64,000 bases of DNA from Giardia intestinalis (Eukaryota): assembly GCA_000002435.2 (NCBI GenBank), contig CM018792.1. The stretch is one strand, 5' to 3'. Below the pieces are notes generated by a model. That model made no database searches and was not told the DNA's origin. It was given only the letters and a program-made list of their open reading frames with translations. Position 1 is the first letter of the stretch. Each line of letters opens with the position of its first letter. A program made the position numbers and the translations under genes. This document shows positions 1-8,818 of this stretch, piece by piece.

Positions 1-802
1 CTATTTTATTGGCAAGTATCTCTCGTAGCTTATCGTCTGTTGAGATATGACAGTACCGGGCGCTGGCCTTGTAGGCATTCAAGGCATTGCGGTCCTGACC
101 AAGACTCTCGTAATGACATCCCAGGTTATAGGAGATAACGCACGCCAGTGAGTAGATTCGATCGTTGACTTCGTCCTTAGTCATTTGGCCGAACTTGTGA
201 TCGACGTTCTTGGTAATTACCTTGAGGGCGAGATGGCAGTTTTCAATTGCATTATGGTAGTGACCCAGCTGTGCTTGCGCCGCTGCAATGTTACTGTGAA
301 GAGCTGCAATAGCGTGTATCTTGTTGTATCTAGTAATACAGCTACCCTTCTCCGTAGGGAACAGGTGACACACCGTGTAGGCATATGAGCTTAGAACACT
401 CTGCTCTGCAACGAGCGCAGTGTTGAAGTCTTTCAGTGCTATACGCGGATTTCCAGAGCTTGCATTGAGAGATCCCCTATATGTTAGGAACTGAGCAGTG
501 CAGCGAAAGAAAAGTTGAGGATTGGCAAAATATGAAGAGCAGCGGCTGAGAAAGTTAAGCATGGAAAGCGCCTCTGCTTGCGAGGGGTCTTTATCAGTGT
601 ACGGGTGCTCGACGCAATAGCCAGTAATAAGATTCATCAGTGAACAGGCTGCTGCATCAAAGTTGTCTGTCCGCTTGTCAGGATATTCTTCCATTGTGAT
701 TTTATTCAGTCGTCTACTTAGGCTCTTGATCGCTAACATTTTCTTTCCGTCAATGTAACGAGAAACACAATTTGCAGTGAAGGATGGCAGGTCCTCCGAC
801 AT
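1..802 (-). CDS. N-terminal part of a TPR-like helical-repeat protein; the gene continues past the 5' edge of the window
   Basis: ATG at 800-802 on the minus strand. The reading frame stays open to position 1. The translation starts MSEDLPSFTANCVSRYIDGKK... and later shows paired-helix repeat character (AIAALHSNIAAAQAQLGHYHNAIENCHLALKV...YNLGCHYESLGQDRNALNAYKAS). The ORF is missing from the track because it runs off the edge. An AT-rich initiator (cattttaaaatttg) lies at the start. Confidence 0.5.
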   Translation of the reverse strand, partial: MSEDLPSFTANCVSRYIDGKKMLAIKSLSRRLNKITMEEYPDKRTDNFDAAACSLMNLITGYCVEHPYTDKDPSQAEALSMLNFLSRCSSYFANPQLFFRCTAQFLTYRGSLNASSGNPRIALKDFNTALVAEQSVLSSYAYTVCHLFPTEKGSCITRYNKIHAIAALHSNIAAAQAQLGHYHNAIENCHLALKVITKNVDHKFGQMTKDEVNDRIYSLACVISYNLGCHYESLGQDRNALNAYKASARYCHISTDDKLREILANKI

Positions 803-861
803 TTTAAAATTTGTTCGCTGCACTTCATAGCCTGCTCCTCAGAGTTGGCTAGCAGAGGGGC

Positions 862-3744
862 ATGGATTTTCCACTGTCTCTTTTGGACGCAAATGTCAGC
901 AAGGCTATTTTCATCTTGCTTCAAGGGGAGCCCGAGCAAGCCTCCCTATGGTCACTTATCCTTCAACTGCGAACCCCCGGCCAGGGGTCCAGCTTCGCTT
1001 CTTGCGCATCGCTGATTTACAAAGACCTCAAGGGACTTAGCTCCTGGATTACCGAGGCTGCTTTTATTCCCTTTCTCAGACGTTTGGGATTTTGTTCATT
1101 GTATCTAAGTTATGGGCACGATGTTCTGCTCGAGCTTTTCAAGTACCCTATCGTTCTCACTTCGACTGTTTCAGGGAAGCGGGTGCTCCTTTCAGAGCCC
1201 CAGATGCCTCTTGCTTTCCCACCTTGCCTCCATGACAAATCTGTATCATCTATGGTTCGAGCTTCCACTGTGCAGTATGCTTCTAACTGTCTTGAGGAAT
1301 TCATTTCTATGATTCAAGAGCACCCCATGAACGTACGATTCATATTCTTCTGCAAGACCCGGCCCTACATCCGAGCATTCCACAGCTTGGCATTACTAGG
1401 ATCAGCAACGGCCATCTGGCACCTTTCTCTTCTTCCTTCACAGTGCCTTACTGCCTTTTATCAAGCCAATCCATTAGTCACATTTAAGTTCCCGTACAAT
1501 GCCTTTTCCACGCGCTCGTTTTCATCTTTGCTACAGCTATGCACATCCCGTGGTCGGCTGATGCCGAACAATGCTATTAATTCAAATGCTAAAGCTAGAA
1601 TAACAAGACTCATTTCCATTTTTCGTAGTAAGATGAAACGGTTAAGCCACAATCTTACGTTTCTGAAAGACAAGAAACCCCAATCTCTTTTGCAATCATT
1701 TGGCTTTGATACGCATTTTAGGGTATTCTTAGATGAAACAGGCACCCTTCGTCACGCCCCTCTGCCCTTATCTGTGCACAAAATAACTCTTTATCTCATG
1801 TTATATTGCAAGTCCATCAGCGCATTTTCTATTCTTGGCAAAAGGAACGCTCGAACATTTCACTCACATCTCTTTCGCTTTATTTCTCAGCCAATGAACG
1901 GGTTTATGACCTTGCAAGAGCTCACCTCTAGTATCTCTACAAAAGAATTCCTTCTCCCAGCAACCACAGTCAGCAAGGCCGAGGGAGAGGTGCGACATCA
2001 CCTTTTAGCGTACTTCGTTGTCTATCTCATGGACTTCGTCATACTTCCCGCCCTCTATCAGTCGTTTTCTGCTGTTTCTATGCACACGGAGCTTTCCAAT
2101 CGGATCGAGACGGCCAACTCTATGGTTCCTGCATTGCTTTCCCGCTCACTTTGGGTCAGCTACAAGAATTACTTGATTAAATCGTCTGCTCGTCTAGAAA
2201 TAGCGGCCACTTATGAATTTGTCTGCTCATTATCCAATTTGCACTCTATCCCTCTAACCAACGAAGATGCTGTGAACCGTATATTTTGGAAGCAAGTCTC
2301 TCCCGGTAGGCTATCGTTTGTCTATAAATCTAATGGAAGGGTGCGGCCCCTATGTAACTTTAGTTTTTGTAGCCGACGACACAGGGTCTCACTTAATTCC
2401 TTTCTTCGAAGCGCGCTCCAGGTCATCATATTTGAGCTAGAGCGCCCACGCAATAGGTACTTGCAAGCACATCTAGCCAAGAATCTAGGCCACATAGCAG
2501 TGGACTATGCTGCTTGGCTCGATGCGACGTACACAGAAAACCCCGAGGCGCAGATATACATGGTCACAACCGATATGATAACTGCTTTTGAAAGCGTCTC
2601 CGTTCCTCGCTTACTCTACTACATATCCCATTACATCGTTACTGGGAATGCTTACGTTGTCTTGACTTACAAGGAGATTGCTCCCAGTAAGATGCCTAAG
2701 ATTAGGACCGTTGCGCTGCCCTGCCAGCATAATGGGTGTGTATCCATGGATTCTATTTCCCGCTACCTTCTCTGCAAGGAGACCCCTAAAAAACAGCCTA
2801 ATTCTATGCTGTGTCCCATGCATGCACGAATCTATAAGCGAGAGGACATTATCAAGATGCTAGAGCTTCATCTTCTCAATCCCCTCGTTATTCACGAAGG
2901 AGGAGTATACCGTCTGACATCTGGGATACCCCAGGGCAGTGTCGTAAGCACTGTCCTTTTCAATTGCTATTCGTCTCTCCTGCACGTGCAACTACTAAAT
3001 ACAGGGATTGTTTCGTCCCGTCTCTTCTTTTACAGGACCTTTGTTGACGACTGGCTGCTATTAACTACGTCCATAGCATTACTTGACGCATATATCGAGT
3101 ACCTGAACATCATGCGTGATCATGGAGCCTACTTCAGATTGTCCTGCTTCACGAAGCCACACAAAAACAGCCCATTCGCTCCCATAGCTACATTAGACTG
3201 TTCTAGAGAACCCATACCAAAGAAAAGTCTTTACACACCCAATCTCAATCAAGATATGTACAAACTAGACGTTCCACGATATTGTGGATATATATTTCTT
3301 GAAAATGTTGCCATAATAGACGTACTGAAGTGGTTTTCATCAACGCGAACCAATGGCAGTCCGTCCTATCCCATGATTTTTGGATCTGGGATATCTGTCA
3401 TGCAGAGACTCAGGTTGGTTTTCAAAAAGAGAATCCGGGATCTCCGCTGTTTCATTGAGAGAAGCATACAGGCACCCGATCCGCGTATAAAAGTGGACGG
3501 CTCTATTCTTTATGCGTATATACGTGCTGTTACGTTTTGCATACTTTGCTACACACGAAACATAAGATACTCTGAGTCCTTGCGCACCCTTTTAAGGAGC
3601 ACATTCTGTTCTCTTAAGGCGACCGTGTGGAGACATTCTACATCCCGTGCTATATTTATCCACGTATCCAAACGCATTATTCTACATGTCTATGGTCACA
3701 ATCCCCGCATCAGAGGGCTTCTTCTGGGAATGCTAAGCAGGTAG
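862..3744 (+). CDS. TERT: Telomerase reverse transcriptase catalytic subunit
   Basis: ATG confirmed at 862. The translation carries the RT motifs in order: motif 1/2-like VYKSNGRVRPLCN; motif A YMVTTDMITAFESV; motif B' LTSGIPQGSVVSTVLFNCY; motif C FFYRTFVDDWLLLT. It is a 960-aa intronless ORF. Confidence 0.8.
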   Translation: MDFPLSLLDANVSKAIFILLQGEPEQASLWSLILQLRTPGQGSSFASCASLIYKDLKGLSSWITEAAFIPFLRRLGFCSLYLSYGHDVLLELFKYPIVLTSTVSGKRVLLSEPQMPLAFPPCLHDKSVSSMVRASTVQYASNCLEEFISMIQEHPMNVRFIFFCKTRPYIRAFHSLALLGSATAIWHLSLLPSQCLTAFYQANPLVTFKFPYNAFSTRSFSSLLQLCTSRGRLMPNNAINSNAKARITRLISIFRSKMKRLSHNLTFLKDKKPQSLLQSFGFDTHFRVFLDETGTLRHAPLPLSVHKITLYLMLYCKSISAFSILGKRNARTFHSHLFRFISQPMNGFMTLQELTSSISTKEFLLPATTVSKAEGEVRHHLLAYFVVYLMDFVILPALYQSFSAVSMHTELSNRIETANSMVPALLSRSLWVSYKNYLIKSSARLEIAATYEFVCSLSNLHSIPLTNEDAVNRIFWKQVSPGRLSFVYKSNGRVRPLCNFSFCSRRHRVSLNSFLRSALQVIIFELERPRNRYLQAHLAKNLGHIAVDYAAWLDATYTENPEAQIYMVTTDMITAFESVSVPRLLYYISHYIVTGNAYVVLTYKEIAPSKMPKIRTVALPCQHNGCVSMDSISRYLLCKETPKKQPNSMLCPMHARIYKREDIIKMLELHLLNPLVIHEGGVYRLTSGIPQGSVVSTVLFNCYSSLLHVQLLNTGIVSSRLFFYRTFVDDWLLLTTSIALLDAYIEYLNIMRDHGAYFRLSCFTKPHKNSPFAPIATLDCSREPIPKKSLYTPNLNQDMYKLDVPRYCGYIFLENVAIIDVLKWFSSTRTNGSPSYPMIFGSGISVMQRLRLVFKKRIRDLRCFIERSIQAPDPRIKVDGSILYAYIRAVTFCILCYTRNIRYSESLRTLLRSTFCSLKATVWRHSTSRAIFIHVSKRIILHVYGHNPRIRGLLLGMLSR

Positions 3745-6462
3745 CTACTTAACTTGTGTTAGAAACGAGCTTATAATATTATTGGTAGATGTAGAGTCAA
3801 AGGTTGCTGCTTCAAACTCTCCCTGAAGATCTGAGGACACTTTGCTTCTCTGGCTCAGTGCAGATAGAGACAGATGCCCATCAACCTCCTCTAGTAGCGC
3901 AGCGAAGCATTCATAGATCGCACTAGACACTATCCTGACAAGGTTAGATATCAGGGCCTCAGAGGCCATCAGAATAACTTCCTTCATTGCTTCCTCTGGG
4001 ATGCTTCCTTGTTCTGCCTTTCTTAGTGTCAACATAAACATCTCAAAACAGGTATCTACCTGGCAGTAAGCCTCTGAAAAAGCATCCATTCTTAGTTGTT
4101 CATAGTTATAGGAGGTTAGCGTTGACTCCTTTTTTAATTTATAGACAAGAACCTTGTAATCGGTGGAATCTTCTACCTGGATACTCCTATACTTAGGGTT
4201 TCCCAAGCATATAAGGCGCGCCAATATGGTGTAAAACGTATCTAAGCACAATGTGCTATGGGCCAGTGTGTTCAGCTCAAATCCTTTTGTTTCCAGTATT
4301 TCATTGCAAACAACGGCTATCAGATACGTTGTATTTGTTTTCTTGTTTGTTTTGTCCATCGTTGACAGATTTAGCGACGACTTACGGAGAAGAATATTAG
4401 ATTCCTCAAGCATATCCAAGACATTATGTGAGGACTCTTTGGCCAAGGGCTTAGTATACTCTTTGGACGATACGTCAGGAAATGACTTGTGGAGCTGCAT
4501 TCCTTTCGCCACTCCAAGAGGAAGATGTATCTGTGTTTTGCGTAAAGAGGACTCATAGATGCTCCAGATACTAGGCGAGTCGTCTCTGTCTTCTCTCTCG
4601 AGTTGCCCATCGGAGACATCATTCCTTGGTGAATCAGTTTGCATTGACGTTTCTACAGCATTGGGTCCGCGATCCTCGACAGCTGGTGCCTCTCTGGCCT
4701 GGTCTCCTATCTGGGCATCCAAGCCATACAACAGTGACGCAACAGAGATAAGTTGGGCAGACGGATCAACGGGCTGAATCTCTTGGGTGACAATGTCTAT
4801 GGCAGAAATCGGCCGCACTCGGACACCATCTGAGGTGGTACTTTCCACTTTGCTGCTTGTCCAACAAGGTTCAGATTTGTCGCCACTACTACCAGTTGCA
4901 CTGTCATCGGCTGCAAGCGGTCTATAAGCCTCTTGATTCAAACGATTAGATGTAAGTATATTCCTATTCAGGTTATGAACCGCTGAAAAGCTGACAGGAT
5001 CACACTGTGCGCAAGCGCGTCCAGATATGTTCTCCAAGGTATGACGCGGAGTGCCCTTGACTCTAAGAGACTCCACCCCATCTGGTACAGATGCACCTTC
5101 ACTGGCACTGTCCGATTCTCTCTTGTGACAAAAAGACTCATCGGTCTCTGACAAGGTGCCTATTTCGTTTCCACAGAACTTACAAAACAGAATGGAGGGA
5201 TATCTTTCTGCGCCAAAAGAGCCGCGAAATACCCTTCTGAGGCAGTCTTGGCAAATGCAGTTCGTATTCTGATATGTCTTTGAGGCGACGGATTGAGCCT
5301 TAGTGAATGTGATGCGTCTCGTTATGCATGCATAGTCTAAGGTCCGCTTAGTCTCCGTGGTGTTAGATGCGTTGACAGTGGCAAGAAAGGTAACATATCC
5401 ATTCTCAAATGGTGTGCGAAGAATTTTCGTGAGCATGGAGGCTCTGTAGGGGACGTGGTTCTTACGGGAGGCTAAGTCTTCCAATACTTTACGGAGAGTA
5501 AGAAGGCTCTTATTTATGTCTATGCCCTCTGCCAAACGTCGTTCTTCTCTGGCCTTATGACCGGGTGAATGTATGACAGAGGATCCAACGGCTCCAAAGG
5601 CATTGAACCGCTCAGAGCCCGCTAGATCACAAAAATAAATTTTCCCTAGAGGAGAGTAGCCGCCAGCAAGATTGGGGGGTTTGCAAAGAATTGTGATAAT
5701 GGCGAGAAAGTGGGAGCGCGACGAAACGTCGTTACGGACCGTCGACGCCGTCATCCGCTGCTTGCAGGCACTTTTAAGACAGGAGAATGCCTGCTGCAGT
5801 GTGTCGCAAACAGTCTCGGTGAGATTTTTGAAGGTACCTGTTGTTTGTTGAAGCTGGGGCATGGAGCCCGTATTAAGCTGAGCTAGTAGTGAAGAGAAAG
5901 AAGAGGTGTGGTAGAAACTCCTATCAGGATTGCTACTGTGGTCGATCATGACTGAATAGGGAGTATTGCTAGTTTGCAAGTCATAGAGTCTTTCGCAATA
6001 GACTTCAAGGAAGCTTAACTTTACCATGAAGCCGAGGTTATAAATGCGACGCAAACCCTGTATGATGAGTCCTTCTTTGTTAGACTGGAGCAGAGTAGGG
6101 TCCCAATCATTCCCTGGCTCAATGGGGGAGCTTTTCTTGGCAGAGAACCCTCGTTTGCGCCGAGTATCGCTCAGAAAAAGATGCTCATCTCCCAGAATGG
6201 TATATGTTTTGCCAGAGTTTGTCTGGCCATAAGCAATAACAGCAGATATGCATCCGCCGATGGCCTTATCAATCACAGGTGGTAAAATAGAGTCAGCTAC
6301 CTCTCCATTAGTAACTTCTTCGCTGAATAACTGGGGAATACCAAACAGTAGTTTGGCTCCATTATATGCCAGTCCTATCTGCCTGCCCTCGCTGACAAGC
6401 TCACAAGAGCGCTTTTCGGTGGAGAACAACGGTCTTGCACGAACAGCAACATGAATAGGCAT
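3745..6462 (-). CDS. Kinesin motor protein with an N-terminal motor domain and a long tail
   Basis: ATG at 6460-6462. Motor-domain motifs are present: P-loop GQTNSGKTYT; switch I SSRSH; switch II DLAGSER; and HVPYRASMLTKIL. It is 905 aa. Its stop codon directly abuts the TERT stop codon, so the two genes converge with zero gap. Confidence 0.85.
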   Translation of the reverse strand: MPIHVAVRARPLFSTEKRSCELVSEGRQIGLAYNGAKLLFGIPQLFSEEVTNGEVADSILPPVIDKAIGGCISAVIAYGQTNSGKTYTILGDEHLFLSDTRRKRGFSAKKSSPIEPGNDWDPTLLQSNKEGLIIQGLRRIYNLGFMVKLSFLEVYCERLYDLQTSNTPYSVMIDHSSNPDRSFYHTSSFSSLLAQLNTGSMPQLQQTTGTFKNLTETVCDTLQQAFSCLKSACKQRMTASTVRNDVSSRSHFLAIITILCKPPNLAGGYSPLGKIYFCDLAGSERFNAFGAVGSSVIHSPGHKAREERRLAEGIDINKSLLTLRKVLEDLASRKNHVPYRASMLTKILRTPFENGYVTFLATVNASNTTETKRTLDYACITRRITFTKAQSVASKTYQNTNCICQDCLRRVFRGSFGAERYPSILFCKFCGNEIGTLSETDESFCHKRESDSASEGASVPDGVESLRVKGTPRHTLENISGRACAQCDPVSFSAVHNLNRNILTSNRLNQEAYRPLAADDSATGSSGDKSEPCWTSSKVESTTSDGVRVRPISAIDIVTQEIQPVDPSAQLISVASLLYGLDAQIGDQAREAPAVEDRGPNAVETSMQTDSPRNDVSDGQLEREDRDDSPSIWSIYESSLRKTQIHLPLGVAKGMQLHKSFPDVSSKEYTKPLAKESSHNVLDMLEESNILLRKSSLNLSTMDKTNKKTNTTYLIAVVCNEILETKGFELNTLAHSTLCLDTFYTILARLICLGNPKYRSIQVEDSTDYKVLVYKLKKESTLTSYNYEQLRMDAFSEAYCQVDTCFEMFMLTLRKAEQGSIPEEAMKEVILMASEALISNLVRIVSSAIYECFAALLEEVDGHLSLSALSQRSKVSSDLQGEFEAATFDSTSTNNIISSFLTQVK

Positions 6463-7231
6463 AAAAAGCTCGGGTTGCGCTTATCTCTTGGTTTTGCGTC
6501 GCTGAATGAGTCTTGTTAAAATAATTGAATAGGTTGGAAAATGTCGTTTTTTGGGGCGCTCAAACGCTGAGGGCATTCTACAATGCTCTTCCATAATTTG
6601 ACTTCTGTCACAGAGGAGACTGCCAGCAGCGTAGTTAGCAATGTTGAAAAGTGGCACGACATCTTTGGGTCCATAGCTTCCGTAGTAACAATAGATAATG
6701 CTAGCACGGCCCCCTGTGCACGGCGCTGTGGAGGGGTCATGGATGGGCGCTATAGTGATCTAGAAACCTATTATGCCTGTAGAGTAGCCCGCAACTCAAC
6801 CAGGACACCTGATCTGCACAATATGCAGCGCAGAAAAAGGGCGTGCTTACTTTTTTAAGGGAGGCCCGGCCACTGGAAGGAAGCACTTTCTTCGATGCCA
6901 CAAGAGTATTGCAACGATGTATCCAATGGTGGATGAGGCGTCCCGGAAGGAGCGTGAAATGGCGTTGAGATACTTTATAGATGAAGCAAGGCAAAAGAAA
7001 CAGTGTGCATGGCCCAAAGGCTCTAGTGCTGATCCAGTTGGTAGATGTTTATGCGATGCAATTCTCGCCCACGGGCTTGCTTATTCTCAAGGCCCAGTCA
7101 TTAAGTAGCTACTCACAAAGGTTATCAATGTTGTGGCTAGGATCGAAGGGTATTCTCCTGAGCTTCAGGATAAGCTGCTGCGAGCAGTTTCTGTGGCACG
7201 GATATCTAGAAGCACCATCCAGCGACGTGGA

Positions 7232-8818
7232 ATGAAGCAATATGCCCTCCATAAGGAACTGGTTCAGAAAGCAGTAGAAGGTGCAGACGGATATAGTATC
7301 ATTTTAGGAATAGTGTCATGTGGAGAGGGGCTGCGTCTTCTTGTAGCAATGAATTGTCTTTGGCCAGGAGCTGGCTCAATTCAAACCCTATTGTGTGGTC
7401 TTCCTAGCCTCCCGCCTTGTCCGGAATCAAGGGATATATTACGTGCACTCTTTCAAAGCATAGGTGCAGCGGATTGCATGCCAGATATGGCCCAACGACA
7501 CCATACTTTTCTTCATAAACTGACCTTGATATCTATTTATGAAAGCTCTAATTTGAAATACGATGAGGTTAAGCAAGCATTAAGGAAAGCAAGACAGGAC
7601 GTTGTGGAAGATGTGCCTCTCCCAGTCTTTAAGGTTATCTTATTTCCTCAACTTTCCTTTCTTAGAGACGCTTTAAGTGTGCACTGTGATTTGTTTACCG
7701 TCGTCACCGTACTCTTAGAGAGCTTGGTTGACACTGCACCAGATGGATGGCATCTTGATGCTGCGGAAGCTGATTGCTCCACTAATGCCTTTAACTTTGA
7801 TAGTGGCGAGGTCAAAGAGGATCGTTTATGGGGTGAAATGCGCACTCTAATCACTAAGTTTTCTGAAGCACAACATCAGCTGGATTATTTGTCGTTGATT
7901 GATCTGAAGGCAATCTTAAGATTGATTCGGGAGCATAAAGAAACACTCATTCACACAATGATGGCCGTATCCGTGACTAATCCTCTGTCGCAGCAATGCA
8001 TACCTAGTCTTACTGACTCCAAGTGGCTCCAACATGCACACTTTATAGAGGGCCTTGTAACGCTGTTAGCTCCGTTTGAAAGCATGCTGACCGCACCGAA
8101 TGCATGCGCCTTTGATGTATATGCCCACCTTGATAGACTTCGCTCGATTCTCCGTGACGCTCGCGACATGCTGCCATGTGCTGTACCCGACTTTCTATCC
8201 ATGGATCGGAAGTGTGCCAGAGCGCTCCACAGCGATAATATAGCGCCAGAAGAGGCGCATTTTTACTTTACTATACTGTCAATCTACATAGATGAGATAG
8301 ACTCAATCCTGGATTGCTACTCTCCATATGTTTCCGGCTTCAAGTTATGCACATTCACGCTAGGCACTGTCACTCTTAGCGAGATAACAAGCAGCTTAAG
8401 TAGCCTTCCCTGCAAACTAACCAACTTAGCCCAGATAGCGGAGGAATATTATTTTATATACCAATCCGAACAGATTGCAGATTGCCTTAGTACACTACAA
8501 AGTGTCAACCGATGTGAAGATGTATATGAGCATTGGAAGACTCTTGTTACTTTCTGGTCTAGGTTGTTACGTGAGTACTCATTGGCTAGCAGGCTTATGT
8601 TACTTCTGCTGACCGCATTTTCCACCCCGGCCATCTTCCTTGCTTCGAAGACTGTAATAAGCAGCGCTTTGTCTGCCCAGCGGTCCTGTCTAACAGAAGC
8701 GAACTCAGAGGCTGCTCTTCTTTTGCATCTAAAACATGGCTTCATAGTAAAAACATTGTTCAAATTTATATTAAAACAGCCAATTGGAGGCGGCTTACTT
8801 AGAGATGGAGCCGAATAG
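7232..8818 (+). CDS. Hypothetical protein. The annotated start at 7133 is GTG; the first in-frame ATG is at 7232. The frame also continues upstream into ORF 6917-7108 across a single TAG.
   Basis: The 561-codon ORF has non-repetitive, helical-looking sequence. I verified GTG at 7133-7135. ORF 6917-7108 is in the same frame and is separated from it only by TAG at 7106-7108. No family is recognised. Confidence 0.45.
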   Translation: MKQYALHKELVQKAVEGADGYSIILGIVSCGEGLRLLVAMNCLWPGAGSIQTLLCGLPSLPPCPESRDILRALFQSIGAADCMPDMAQRHHTFLHKLTLISIYESSNLKYDEVKQALRKARQDVVEDVPLPVFKVILFPQLSFLRDALSVHCDLFTVVTVLLESLVDTAPDGWHLDAAEADCSTNAFNFDSGEVKEDRLWGEMRTLITKFSEAQHQLDYLSLIDLKAILRLIREHKETLIHTMMAVSVTNPLSQQCIPSLTDSKWLQHAHFIEGLVTLLAPFESMLTAPNACAFDVYAHLDRLRSILRDARDMLPCAVPDFLSMDRKCARALHSDNIAPEEAHFYFTILSIYIDEIDSILDCYSPYVSGFKLCTFTLGTVTLSEITSSLSSLPCKLTNLAQIAEEYYFIYQSEQIADCLSTLQSVNRCEDVYEHWKTLVTFWSRLLREYSLASRLMLLLLTAFSTPAIFLASKTVISSALSAQRSCLTEANSEAALLLHLKHGFIVKTLFKFILKQPIGGGLLRDGAE

